Source of the DNA: Prorocentrum cordatum
Lineage: Eukaryota
Assembly (NCBI GenBank): GCA_963575745.1
Contig: CAUYUJ010000081.1
Coordinates: forward strand, 372,001-436,000
Reading direction: 5' to 3'
Length of the DNA stretch: 64,000 nt
Shown here in pieces: positions 13,382 to 29,086 of the stretch; position 1 is the first letter of the stretch; each line of letters begins with the position of its first letter. The translations under genes were made by a program, and so were the position numbers. The notes beneath the pieces were generated by a model. The model saw only the letters and a program-made list of their open reading frames with translations, had not been told where the DNA came from and searched no databases.

Positions 13382-14497
13382 ATATATCGTTCTCTATCTC
13401 TCTCTCTCTCTCTCTCTCCCGACGTCTCTTTCATCGGAGACCGAACTCCCGGCTGATAACTCGAGTTGTGCCACTTCTCCGTCAGGAGGGGAGCTGTCGC
13501 AATCCGATTAACAGGCAAAGCGCATTCGTATTATTTGTGATGGTCTTCTTCCTGTAGCGAATGCTTGCTCACGTTCACACGACTGATCGGAGACGCATGT
13601 CCCCGCCATTGCTCAAGTGAATGCGCCGTTAAACTAAGGCCCAGATGGACGGACCAGACCCGGACGGCCGAGGTGGGCGCCCGAAGGGCGCGCGCGCGGC
13701 GGGGCGGGGCGCTCTTTTGCTATCGCAGCCGAAACAACTTCGGCGGGCATCGTCGTCAAACAGCGGCGTGGCGGCGATACGGCGGCAACGCAGAGGTGAT
13801 GATTTGATCAACCTGGGAGTTGCCCATCGTCTGGCTGCTGGTACTTTAAAGAGTCCAAGACGGCCCAAAAAGCTCCCGAAACCTGGCCGAGAGGTCCTAC
13901 GACTTCGCTTCAAATAGAGGAAACGAAAAAAAAAAAAAAAACACGCGAGCGCTTCGCGCGCTTAGGTTCTAGCAAGCCCCAGGCCGTGACAAGTTTACAA
14001 ATCCTCTGAAATATGTACCCACACATGGCATGAACATGAAGCACACCGAAGCGTCAAAAAACGAGGGCCGAGCAGAGATCAATCACAGACAATGGCACAT
14101 CCATAAAACAAATGCGAACCAATGCCAAGCAGTAAACATACTGGTCAGAATGGAGTGCCCATACTGGCACTGCAGTGCAACGCAGTGCCATGGAAACCAC
14201 ATGCGAGCGCCATGCAGCGAAAAGCAACACAAATGAAATGCAAGGCACTGCGATGCACAACAACGAATTACATGCAAATCAGAACAACGCGCGCCAGCGC
14301 AATGCCGTTTACGGAATCATGCCTGTGCACATCCGTCGAAAAAAAAACACAATAACGCAAGAGGCCGCACGAACCCGAGGGTTCCGCAACCTCAGGGACC
14401 CCAGGGATGTGTGCAAAATCAATGGTGGATGCCCCGAATCCGCCGCTGGTAAACATCCATATGACGATAGCGCATCAGCTCGTCCTTCTTCTCGCCC

Positions 14498-14762
14498 CCT
14501 CTCCTCCTCCTCCTCCTCCTCCTCCTCCTCCTCCTCCTCCTCCTCCTCCGCCTCCGCCTCCTCCTCCTCCTCCGCCTCCTCCTCCTCCTCCGCCACCGCC
14601 TCCTTCTCCGCCTCCGCCTCCTCCTCCTCCGCCTCCGCCTCCGCCTCCGCCTCCTCCTCTCCTCCTCCTCCTCCTCCTCCTCCTCCTCCTCTTCCTCCTC
14701 CTCCTCCTCCTCCTCCTCCCCCTCCTCCTCCTCCTCCTCCTCGTCCTCCTCCTCCCCCTCCC
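14498..14762. repeat. (CCT)n/(CCGCCT)n microsatellite
   Basis: Directly visible. Confidence 0.98.
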
Positions 14763-15164
14763 TCTCGCAATATATCGTCTGGCCGGCCGGCTGGGCCCGA
14801 CCACGCGGCCTTCTTCCATGGAAAAAACAAGTGGCACGCGTGCCATGGCTCTTGCACAGAAGGGAGGGGGAAGGAGGAAGAGGTAAAGGAGGAGGACGGG
14901 AGAGGGATATAGGGTGCGAGAAATCGGAGAAGGTGAGCCCAACGAGGGATATAGGAGAGCCCAAGGAGGGATATAGGGAGAAGGATGTAGGTGAGCCCAA
15001 CGAAGGACGCAAGATAGGCTTAAGAGGGCGAGCTCGAACAGGCTCCACGGCCCCCCCCCGCGAGATGGCCTCCAAGACTTCCAACATGCTCCCAGGAGGC
15101 CCCCAACAAACACCCAAACTGTTTGCAGAGGATCCGAAGAATTCCCCAGGGGCACGAAACGGAA

Positions 15165-17130
15165 GCGGAGGGGGCACGCGGCGGGCGGGGGTTCCACTGG
15201 GCCGCTGGGGAACGCTGGGGGATGGGGGGGGTGGGGGGCGGGGACGGGGCGCGCCGTGCGACGCGAAATGAAATAGTCAGGGCGGAGGATGGCACTGGGC
15301 GGAAGTTCCACTGGGCCGCTGGGGAACGCTGAAGAGAGAAGGGATGGGGGGCGGGGAGGAGGGGCGCGGTGCGACGCGGGATACAACTATCGGCGCGGAG
15401 GGGGCAATGAGCGGTGGTTCCATTGGGCCGCTAGGTAACGCTGGGGCGGGGGGGGGGCGGGAAAAGAGGGGGCGGCGGGGCGGGGCGCGAAGTGGCGTGG
15501 AATAACACGGTCGGGTTGGAGGGGCGGGGGCATTGGGCGGAGGTTCCACTGGGACGCCAGGGAACGCTGAAGGGAGAAAGGATGGGGGCGGGGAGGAGGG
15601 GCGCGGTGCGACGCGGAATACAACTATCGGCGCGGAGGAAGCATTGGGCGGTGGTTGCACTGGCCCGTTGGGGAACGCTGGGCGGGGGGAAGGTGGCGGG
15701 GGAAGGGGGGGGGCGGCAGGGCGGGGCGCGAAGTGACGTGGGGCGGAGGTTCCGCTGGGCCGCTGAACGCTGGGGTGGGAGGCGTGGAAAGGGGGGGCTG
15801 GGAATGAGGGGGAGTGCGGCGGGACGCTGATAAGGGGTGGGACAGCGGGGGGGGCGGCGGGGAGGGGGAGGGCGCGGTGCGACGCGGAATAACATGGCCG
15901 GGGCGGAACGGGCACTGGACAGAGGTTCCACTGGGCCACTGGGAAACGCTGGGGAGGGGTAGGAGGGGGGCGGCGGGGGGGGGGCGCGGTGCGACGCTGA
16001 ATAAAATGGTCGGGGCGGAGGGGGCGCTTGGCGGAAGTTCCTCTGGGTTGCTGGGGTGCCCTGGGGAGGGGCAGAAAGGGGGCGGTGAGAGGGGGGCGAG
16101 GTGCGACGCGGAATAAAACTGTCGGGGCCGAGGGGGCAATGGGCGACGGTTTCACTGGGCCGCTGGAGAACGCTGGGAAAATGTACGGGCGGGGGGGAGG
16201 GGGCGTGCGGTGCGACGCGGGATCAAATGGTCTGGGCGGAGGGGGCAACGGGCGGATGTTCCGTTGGGCCGCTGGGAAACGCTGGGGAGGGGCAGGAGGG
16301 GGGCGGGGAGGGGGGAGTGCGGTGCGACGCGGGATAAAATGGTCGGAGCTCTGGACACCCTGTGCAAGTGAATAAAGTAGTCGGGGCAGAAGGCCACGGG
16401 GCGGGCGCCCACTGGGGCGCTGGGGACGCGGGGGGAGGGGGGGGAGGTTGTGTGCGTCGCGACGCAGAATATAATGCTCGGGGCGGAGGGTGCACTGGGC
16501 GGGGTTCGGGGCAGAGAGCCACGGGGCGGGGGTCCAACTCTGGCGCTGGGGACGGGGGGGAGGGGGGGGGGGGGGCGTGCGTCGCGACGCGGAATAACAT
16601 GGTCGGGGCGAGGGCACTGGACAGAGTTCCCACTGGGGCGCTGGGGGCGCGGGGAGGGAGGTGGGGGAGGTGGTGTGCGTCGCGACGCGGAATAAAGCGT
16701 TCGTGGCGGAGGGGGCAGTGGGCGGGGCTCCCGCTGGGGCGCTGGGGACGCGGGGGGGCTCGGGGCAGAGAGCCACGGCGCGGGGGTCCCACTCTGGCGC
16801 TGGGGACGCGGGGGGGGGGAGGGGGTGTGTGCGACGCGGAATACATCGTTCGTGGCGGAGGGGGCAGCGGGCGGGGCTCCCGCAAGGGCGCTGGGAACGC
16901 GGGGGGTCTCGGGGCAGAGAGCCACTGCGCGGGAGTCCCACTCTGGCGTTGGGGACGCGGGGGGGGTGCGACGCGGAATGAAGCGTTCGTGGCGGAGGGG
17001 GCAGTGGGCGGGGCTCCCGCTGGGGCGCTGGGGACGCGGGGGGGCTCGGGGCAGAGAGCCACGGAGCGGGGGTCCCACTCTGGCACTTGAGGCGCGGGGG
17101 GAGGGGGGTGAGACGCGGAATAAAATGGTC
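15165..17130. repeat. G-rich degenerate tandem array (units >100 bp)
   Basis: Repeated GCGACGCGGAATA and TTCCACTGGGCCGCTGGG motifs separated by long G-runs. Confidence 0.85.
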
Positions 17131-18079
17131 GCAGCTCTAGACACCCTGCGCAAAAGAATAACTAACTGCCCCGCCCCCAAGCTGCCCGGCAATAACTGTC
17201 ACAGGTAGCCCCCCGTCCATCGGCCACCCGGTCTGGACAAGCTATATGGTTTCGAAGTTGGCTGCGAGAAGAAGGGTGAGAAGCAGCGTAGAGGGACTGC
17301 GAAAGCGACCGAAAATTGCCAAGTCCCCAGCGCTTGTTGCTGCAAGCACCCAGGAATGCTCCAAGAAGGCGCCCTGGGCGGCCACGAGGAGGACCCGGAG
17401 CAGCCTAATGGTGGGATGCCCGAGAAACATTAAAAGAGCTTGGCAAAACCATGCTGGAAGTCTCTTTGGATGCCTTTTGGGAGCGCTTGTGGAAGGCTAT
17501 CTGAAAAAGTAGTTTGGTCTCTTGGAAGGCATCTCGGAGGTCTCTTGTCATATTTGGAGCCTCTTTGAGGGCCTCTTGATGTTTCTGGGGGGGGGGGCCT
17601 CGGGCGCTCCTGGGGCCTCTTTGAAGCCTGTTGGAGCCCTGCTGTAGCGGTCTCGGGGGCCGTCTTCGGGGGGCGGGCTCGCTCTGTGAGTTCGGGTTAC
17701 GCCTCTTGTGCCCCTCTTGCGGCTCTCCCGAAATACTCTTGGGCTGCGTTAGGGGCGTTATGTGCCGTTTGAGGCCCTGTCGGGGACCTCTTGGGCCGTC
17801 GTGAGAGGTTTTGGACGACTCTTGGGCTGTCTTAGAGAAGTGGAATCGCGAAAGGGCAAGAACACGAACATCGTTGAAACATCTATTGGGAATCAATATT
17901 TGTTGCCTCTTGGTGCCTTCGGTCCGTGCCGCCACCGTTATTGGGCTGTGGGTTAGGTCTCTTGGAATTTCGTTTGGATATCGTGCAAGGCCTCTCGGGG
18001 GCCTTTTGGAAGCATCTTTGAAGCCTCCAGGGGGGCGTTTTGGAGCCGCTTGGGGCTTTTTGGGCCTCCTGGGTGTCTC

Positions 18080-19134
18080 TTTTTCCCGGAAAGGGCGCGG
18101 GCCCAGGGTTCTCTTTTAGTTGGTAAACCTAATCCCCCGGTGCCAACTTGAAGGAGGCCGGCGGATTTTTTCCCTGATAAATATCGAGGTCGAAGGAGGC
18201 CGGCGGATTAAAATTTGAGGATGTCTCGAGCGAAACGCTTGTTTTTGAAATCCCGATCGATAAATCACAGGGTGCGGGCCACTTTTTCGTGTGTTGAGGA
18301 TGTCTCGAGCGAAACGCTTGCTCCGCAGAGTTTGCCGAGGATGTCTCGAGCGAAACGCTTGTTTTGCAGAGCCGACCGCGACGCGGAAAAGCGCCCCGCG
18401 CGAAGGAATTTCGATGATGTCTCGACTAATTCCTTTGTTTTTGTACGATTTCCTGGAATTTTGGCAGGATGTCTCGAGCGAAATGCACGACCCCACCCTA
18501 GCACGACCATACCCCAGCACGACCACACCCCAGCACGACCAGACCCCAGCACGACCCCACCCCAGCACGACCCCACCCCAGCACGACCATACCCCAGCAC
18601 GACCACACCCCAGCACGACCCGACCCCAGCACGACCCTACCCCAGCAAGACCACACCCCAGCACGACCACACCCCAGCACGACCTCACCACAGCACGACC
18701 ACACCCCAGCACGACCACGCCCCAGCACGACCACGCCCCAGCACGACCACACGACCACCCCCAGCACGACCACCCCCCAGCACGACCACCCCCCAGCACG
18801 ACCACCCCCAGCACGACCACACCCCAGCACGACCACACCCCAGCACGACCACACCCCAGCACGACCACACCCAGTCGCACCCCCGTGGAATGTTTCGTGG
18901 CGTGTCTGGTTGAGTGGTTGCCTGTTCGTGGGGTGTCTCGTGGAATGTTTCACGGGGTGTCTCGTGGAATGTTTCGTGAGGTGTCTCGTGGAATGTTTCG
19001 TGAGGTGTCTCGTGGGATGTTTCGCGGGGTGTCTCGTGGGATGTTTCGTGAGATGTCGCCCAGTTGGGTATCGTGAAAACGTGACCATGCTGCACATGTC
19101 TTTATCCCTTTCCGGGTTCGTGGGTCCATCATGT
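18080..19134. mobile_element. Family A, copy 3
   Basis: Same ends (18085 and 19106); first ~600 bp nearly identical to copy 1; interrupts a TCTTGG/GGCC repeat tract. Confidence 0.75.
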
Positions 19135-19795
19135 TGGGCCTCTTGGAGCCTCCTGGGGACCTCTTGGGGCAGAAGACTCGCATTGTCGGTTCACGTTTCC
19201 CACCTTGTGCACCTCTTGAGGCCGTCCTGAAGCCCTCTTGGGCCGTCTTAGGCACCTCTTGGGCCGTTTGGGGGCCCTCTTGGGCCGTCTCGGGGGCCTC
19301 TTGGGCCCTCTTGGGGCGAGGTTGGAGGCTTCTTGGGCAATCTTGGAGTGTCGAAACCCCGAAAAACACGAGAACGCGAAGAACATGTTGACCTCTTGGG
19401 GCCTCCTTGGGGGTCCTCTCGGAGCGCTCTTGGGGTCTCTTGGAGGCCTCTTGGGCCTTCATGGGGCCATCTTGGGCGGCTTGGTGCGCTCCTGGGCCGT
19501 CCTGGCGGCCTCTGGGCGTCCGCTGCGGGCGGCAAGAGGGTCCCTCGAGGCGCAGGGAACGCTCTGGAGCTTTCAGAAAGACCCGCGGGCGCTAAGGACT
19601 AAAAGGGTTGCGCGGGGGAGGGGGGAGTTTTGAAAAAGTGGGGGCCCCAGGGCCCAGGGACCCGGTCGCCAGTCATAGAATACATGTTATGACGACAGTT
19701 ACAACAAATGCAGCATGGCGCTACCATGGCCACATGAGAGGCACGAACGCGGACGCGACGAAATTATGAGATAAAGAGAGGAGCATTTCAAGGAC

Positions 19796-19935
19796 CTTGT
19801 CTTTTCCCTGGTAGCTTATGTACTTGACGGTGGTGTTGGAGTTGAGCAGGAAGCCGATGCGGAGGGCTTCCGCATCTCCAGGCCCCATGTTGCCCCCGGT
19901 GCCACAGTACGCTGCATCTTTGTCCTCGGTAATGC
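19796..19935 (-). CDS. Beta-helix gene exon: (G)ITEDKDAAYCGTGGNMGPGDAEALRIGFLLNSNTTVKYISYQGKDK
   Basis: ggag|GC acceptor in phase 1, AAG|gtcc GT donor. SNTTVKYISY looks like a beta-helix rung (xNVTIxNIx type). Confidence 0.85.
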
Positions 19936-21469
19936 CTCCAGGATGGCTAGACGAGAACGGAGGAGAGAAAGGCGATGGCGAAACGACGACTGAGGACCAG
20001 GGCAAGGACGAGAGGGACGAGGCGTCGGGAGCGGAGGCGGGCGGAGAGGGCGGCGGAGGCAGCGGAGCGGGAAGGGCAGCAGCGGCTACCGCAGGATCCT
20101 CTGAAGCAGGGCAGGCGCCTGCATCCAGAAAATACGGTGGCCGACAAAGGGAAAAAATAACTCTGTATGGTAGGCTCGCGCGGCATCGGTGCGCGCGACG
20201 GTTTTTGGCACCGCGTCGATCGTTCAACCCTGAATCGATCGCGGCCCCGATCGTTCAAGATTGAATTCCGTCGGGTCTTATGGCGTTACCGTGTCCCTCG
20301 GTGCATCGCGTCGTTCTATCAAGCGCGAGCGCGCGCAAGGGCGCAGATTTCAGCTTTGAAAGCCTTCGCAGGCGTTGCTGGCGCGCCAACGCCACATGAA
20401 CCTACAGTATGCTCTGCACCTGTAGTCATCAAGGTACAGATTGCACATTCCCCCACCCCCCCCACACAGCCCTTGCCGCGCCGCCAGTATTCCGCACGAG
20501 AGCAACATGCTGTTCTGTGGTAATCTGGCGGTGCGGAAAGAGGGGGTATGGCGAGGAGGCCCTCTGGGAAGGCAGCAGCTACGCAGAGGGGACCGGAGCC
20601 TTTTGGCAAGGTTTACTCAAGGCAGCCCCCGCTCGCCCTGCCCCCTTCTGCGGGCCGCCGACGCGAATGCGCACGGCGGTCGGGCGATCTGAAGAACGCG
20701 AAGAACGACCCGGGCGTTCCTCCACAGGGATGGTCCAGACCGACGGCGAAGGGACGCTGGACGCAGACGAGGATGCGGGTGCGCCTCGAGACGCGCTGGC
20801 GCACGAGATGCCCCGAAAACTCCAAGAGCCAGATCAGGGAAGCGTGAGATCCGCGGGCCGCACCAGGGCTGACGGCACGTAGGGTCCCGCACGGGGGCGT
20901 TTCGGTTGCAGGCGACGTTGGCGCATGCTGTGGAGCACCGCGCGCGAGAGCGCCCCGTGGACGAGGCTAGGTGGCGCTGAGTTCGGCATGTTTTCCTGGC
21001 CCTCGGGCTGCTGCACGCCCAACCGGTCACCAGCAGCCCCGAGGCGCCCCTACCCGTTGAGGTCAGTGGAGCAATATGTCTGTCCTTACAACATACTTCT
21101 ATATATGTCTCTATATGTGTAAATATGTACATGCACTTACCTATATTACACTTCTCCTTCTCCTCACTTCCCCTTCTCCTTCTACAAATACACAATATGA
21201 AAATACTCTCCCACTTCCCCTGATGGCGTCCCGAAGATATCCGACACTCCCCCGCGTATTGTTTTTATACACACAGGATTCCCGGGAAACGGGTTTTCCC
21301 TTGTGTTTTTTCAAAATGCTGCTCTCGCCGAGGCGCCGGCCTCATTTTCGGGCCCCGCTCGTTCCGAATCGTGCTCCCGCTGCAGCGCTGGCCTCATTTC
21401 CGCGCTTCCGCCCGTTTCGACTCGTGCTCCCGCTGCAGCGCTGGCGTCATTTCCCGTGCCATGCCACAG

Positions 21470-21553
21470 CACACGCGCACACACGCACACACACACACCA
21501 CCACCACCACCACCACCACCACCACCACCACCACCACCAGCACCACCAGCACC

Positions 21554-21584
<31 letters not shown>

Positions 21585-21663
21585 GCACCAGCACCAGCAC
21601 CACCACCACCACCACCACCACAACCACGCACACACGTACGCACGCACGCACGCGCACCACCAC
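21470..21663. repeat. (CAC)n/(CA)n microsatellite
   Basis: Directly visible. Confidence 0.97.
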
Positions 21664-22432
21664 CCACTAGTCCGCGGATAAAGAAAATCAGCGCCATGGT
21701 AAGGGATGGGAGGGAGGGGTAGGACGTCAGATATGACGCGCGCGCACCTAGCTTGCCTCATCCCCCTCCCCCTCCTCCAGCCCCTCCCGTCCGCCCTCCC
21801 AAGATGTTCCCCCAGAGGCCCACAGCGGCACCTGACCCCGCCTGAAGGCGCCCTTCGCCGCGCTGAAGCATCCTCTGGTCGCAGGAGAGTCATGAAACCC
21901 TGCAGAAGACAAGAACGAGGAACCGGCCCAACAGGCCAAAGGCGTGTTAAAATCTCTGGTCACAGCTTTAAAATTATCTCTAGTTCGCGTGCGCGTGGCT
22001 GTCCATGGGGGTCCCCGGACGAATCAAGGCCCCATGCCAATCCCGGGCGGTCCCCAGGCGGTCCCCGTCACGGATACCTTCTGGGGGCTGCCTGAGGGCC
22101 TTCAACTTCAAGAGCGTCTCAAGAGGCACCCAAGGCGGTCTAAGAGAGCCCAGAGTCACCTGAAGTCGTTCCAAGATGCCCATGATAGCCCCCAGACGGC
22201 TTCAACCAACTCCAAAACGACCGAAAATGCCTCCAAGACCACCCCCAAGAAGCCCCCGACAGGCAACATTCAACGATTTCCCAACCGTTTTTGAAGGTTT
22301 TCTGCGTTCTCACCTTTTCGGCAGCCGACGCTCTAAGACGGCCCAAGAAGCCCCGAGATCGTTCCAAGACGGCCCATTAAGCCTCCAAGAGAGCCCGAAA
22401 AAGGCATACGGGGATTCCGAAACGGTCCAAAT

Positions 22433-23530
22433 CCCACCAGCCCTTTAGGGCGTATGTGATCTAGGGTGTGTTGTCTTCCATCTGCCCCTCCTCCCCTTCG
22501 GGGAGGGGTTCATCATTACTCCTTATTGATATACAACCTTTCCCCCAGGCGACCGGGAACCAACCAGACCCCATGCCGACACGATGCCCACCCGCCCCCA
22601 ACGACCCTTGTCAAACAAAAAATAAAACTCATATTTGGAGCATGCGCGGCCAACCCGATGCGGCCCCCCCCCACCATCCCTCTCAAAAATCCATGCACAG
22701 TACACCTTGGGGTAAAGTCTTTACCCATGTTCGTGAGGCCCGCGAGCACTTTGTATTGCTTTTGACAGGGACGGCGGGGGTGTCAGCATATTCCCTGCTG
22801 CGCGCAGGGCTACCATCCCTGAAAAAATACAAAATGCACCTCGCGGCCAAATCTGGATCATGCGCGGCCATCCCGCGATCACTGTCAAGTGGTTTTTGAC
22901 AGGGACGGCGAGGGTGGTGGCGCGTGGCCTACTGTGCGCAGGCCCACCGGACACAATGATCGGCACCGGTTTTCGACAAGGGTGGTGGGGGCCGACATTT
23001 TTCCCGATGTGTGCTGTCACGTGCGCAGGTGCACCTGACGCACTCTACACGTGCCCCGAACGCGACGCACCTGGCGCGGCTGCGGCCCCAAGAGGCCCCC
23101 AAGAGACGCTCCAAGAGGCCTCCAAGACGCAAGAGACGCCCAAAGTCCCAAGACGGCCCCAAGAGCGCCCAAGAGTGTCCCAAGAGCGGTCCAAGAGGGA
23201 CTTTTCGTCTGCGTGCTGCCCACACCCCTGATAGAGGCACGTCCTCTGGGCATCGTCTCTGGATGGGCTGGTGGGGTTACGGCCGCAGGCGAGCGCGCCA
23301 GCGGCGAGTCCAGTCAAAGCGGGGCACGCAGCGACAAATTCACCTAAAGCAACGGGGCGCAGCCTCACCTAAAGTGGCTAGGCGGAGCCTCACGCAGCAC
23401 CTCAGCGGCGGACCGGCGAGTGGAGGAGGCTGGCTGAAACTGAGTAGAACGGCCAGCGTGCAAGTATGCAAGGCGTCGGAAGCGTCAGGTAGCCGGGAAG
23501 GCTGGTGGGGTTACGCGAAGCGTCTAGAGT
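22433..23530 (+). mobile_element. Family B element with an interrupted 3' end
   Basis: CCCACCAGCCC at 22433, GGGCTGGTGGG at 23265, hairpin at 23513-23523. Internal 22541-23080 is homologous to ~62411-62960. Confidence 0.65.
23282..23499 (+). mobile_element. 218-bp insertion flanked by a 16-bp direct repeat; probable 5'-truncated LINE
   Basis: GGCTGGTGGGGTTACG at both 23266-23281 and 23500-23515. Confidence 0.55.
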
Positions 23531-24083
23531 GCGCTGGAGAGCCGCAAGACACCTTCAGGAAGACCTCTCGAGGGGGAGCCCCAACGGACATTTCGATCGT
23601 TCGGCCTCAAGAGGTGTCCAGGCTGCCCGAAGCGGCCCGAAGCGGCCCGAAACTGCTACACAGGAGCCCCCGAGAACCCTCCGAGGACACCAAGAAGCAT
23701 CCATGAGGGCTCTCACCGAAAACCGCAGCAGCGCTGACCAGCAGCGCCGGATGGCCCACGCTCACGCACGCCAACGCCAACGATGGCAAAATACAGGCCG
23801 GCGGAATGAGCGAAGCGAAGAAATAATCAATGGAGGGAGAGCAGCAACGAAGAGCAGGAGGTGAGGGGAGAAGAGGAAGAAAGGCATGGGTCTGGAGGAG
23901 AGGACGCAAGAGAACGGTGGATGAGAGGAAAGAGGAGGAGGAGGAGGAAGAAACAGAGTGGGTCGGGAAAGGGAAGGAGGAAGCGGAAGAAAAGGAGGCG
24001 GGGGAGGAATCACCAGGAGGCGGTAGGAGAGGAGAGGGTGGGTCGGGAGGAGGAGCGGGCGTCTGCGCTGTGGGCGACGGCGC

Positions 24084-24132
24084 CTTTCGTGGCGATGAAG
24101 TAGGTCTGGTCAACGATGTCCGGCTCCTTTTC
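24084..24132 (-). CDS. Beta-helix gene exon: EKEPDIVDQTYFIATK(G)
   Basis: agcag|GAA acceptor, AAA G|gcgc GC donor. Phase 0/1 fits both neighbours. Not present in the ORF track. Confidence 0.8.
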
Positions 24133-24191
24133 CTGCTACCAGGGCGGGAGGCACTGGGCGCGGCCCACCCGACCCCTCCTTCAGCGTCCAA

Positions 24192-27122
<2,931 letters not shown>

Positions 27123-27743
27123 TGTTGTCGCTCTCCTTCTATTCGGACAAGTGTCACTCCCTCCATCTCTCCTCCTACCCTTACGCGCCATCCGTCCATC
27201 CGTGCATCAACATTCTCTCATCGTTCCGGAATATTTCATTCCCCTTCTCCTACTCACTCATCTTCCCCCTTCTCGAAAACCATGTTCGTCCAAAACGGTC
27301 CCTATCCCCCTCGACCTCCCAATCACAACACATTCCCCCATCTCATGCTCATCTTATTACCTGCTCCCTCGTCGATGTTCCGTCATCCCTCCCCTCTGCT
27401 TATGTGTATGTGGCCGGAGAGTGCGCGTGCTGTCCACGCTAATGGCAGGGGAGGAATCGCCAGAGCGACATCGAGCACTTGGACGTGTCGCTATCACCGC
27501 CCTGCGTATGGCCCAGTCACGTCAAGCATGTCAGAGGTAGGTACAGGTGCGCAGGTCTGGGGAAGCTGAAGGGGGGCACACGACAACGCATTATTTGAGA
27601 AAGTGCATACCCGCCTGAAATGCTCAACTCGAGTCCAGTGATCCGAGTTCACCCTGCGCGCGAGGAGGGCGTGAGCGGCCGCCTGCTCTTAGCGGTGCCC
27701 ACAGCCCTTAGGCGTAGCCTCTCCTCTTGACCTCCCCCTGGTC

Positions 27744-27806
27744 CTTATCGTCTGGGTCCACTGGGTTCGCGTTCCCCACAATCTCCGTGTTGGCCGGGAC
27801 CACCAC
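27744..27806 (-). CDS. Beta-helix gene exon: VVVPANTEIVGNANPVDPDDK
   Basis: cctcag|GTG acceptor, AAG|gacc GA donor, phase 0/0. Completes the VPxNTxIxG motif. Confidence 0.85.
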
Positions 27807-28365
27807 CTGAGGCTGGCTCGTATGCAGCAGCGCTCGTGGCGAGCTGCACAGGCAGCAGCAGCAGCAGCTGGGACCTCGACGGGATGAGGTGGGAATGAAG
27901 GGGTAGCGGCTCGTCCACGGGAGCCTTCCTCTAATGTGGTTGCAGGACAAAGCCCAACACAATGATAGCCCCCCGCCTCCTTGCCTGCTCTTCCCTGTTT
28001 TCCCTTCTTTGCTGAACGCACACAGCTACACAGCAAAACTGGCACAGTGGGCTCATGTCGCTCACTCGTCTCCTTCCCTCTTCATCCATGGTCTGTTCGA
28101 CGCTGTTACGGCTCTGGGCCAGTACTACTGCTCAATACCCCCTTGCGGTACCGCTGAGACCTTGGTCACACCCGCTTGTTTCGCTCGGACGAACGAACAC
28201 GCCAAGCACAACTAAGGAGAAGAGGTTGCTCGTGCTCCATATCATCGTCATCCACGCGCAAACAGCTCAAGGATGCTTCGTCGCCCTGCTCCAGAGATGC
28301 TACCGAGCGTGCCAGCGATGTTCCTGCGCCGAGCGGCAGGCCAGAGGAGGGACCCAAGGGGCGGC

Positions 28366-28447
28366 CTGCTCGTCGATGTCGAACATGCCCGCGGGGAACT
28401 TGAGCTTGCGGCCCCCGGCCGAGGTCTTCTCGCAAGTGATCACGCCC
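28366..28447 (-). CDS. Beta-helix gene exon: (R)GVITCEKTSAGGRKLKFPAGMFDIDEQ
   Basis: ggccag|G acceptor, CAG|gccg GC donor, high GC3. Contains the GG..x.FPAGxFxI motif typical of beta-helix N-termini. Confidence 0.85.
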
Positions 28448-29048
28448 CTGGCCGCCCACGAGCGAGCGAGCGCGAGCCATAGGTGCCGTACACCAGACGG
28501 CGCGTGAGCGGGGGAACAACAATGGGCGATCGCAGGTTGCCTTCAGCAGCCGCTCTGAATCGCTCAGCCGCCCACGGCAGCTCGCTAATCCGTCTGCCAA
28601 TCATAGGAAGAAGAATAGCCACCCAGGGCCCCAAGAGGGGCTCACAGCGGGAATACGAATCGACATTTCGCGCCTTCCCCCCCAAGATGGCTTCAGGACC
28701 CCAGCGGCCCCCGAGGCGCCCCCGAAAGGCCCCGAATGCCTCCACGAGGCCGCCAAGGTGCCCTGAAGAAGTCCCCAAAAGAATCCCAGATGCCCCCAAG
28801 AGCCCTCCAAGAGGCCCAACCTGGAAGGCCGGCGGAATTGCGCAAGCCACTTGAATAGAGAGAGGAACAATCAGACTCTCAACAAGCACCTTGCAAGCGA
28901 AGCCCTTCAGTAATCACACCTACGGAACAGATCGAACAGAGCAGAGCTGTTCAGTAAGTTCCCAGAGCTGCTTAGTAGTCGCCAACTGTGTGGGTCGGGG
29001 CAGGTTCCGGCCAGCCGGAGGCTGGGGTCGAGAGCCTCTGCGAGTGAC

Positions 29049-29086
29049 CTGGTGATCTTCTCAAGGCGTGGATCATCTTGGGGTCC
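29049..29086 (-). CDS. Beta-helix gene exon: (GPQ)DDPRLEKIT(R)
   Basis: ACC AG|gtcact GT donor in phase 2 matches the next exon. Exon start is ambiguous among AG acceptors giving 29089, 29086 or 29076. Confidence 0.7.

Noticed and set aside
28366..28447. NUDIX-like reading of KFPAGMFD
   Set aside because: The next exon gives VVVPANTEIVG rather than a NUDIX box (REUXEE); the beta-helix motif fits better.
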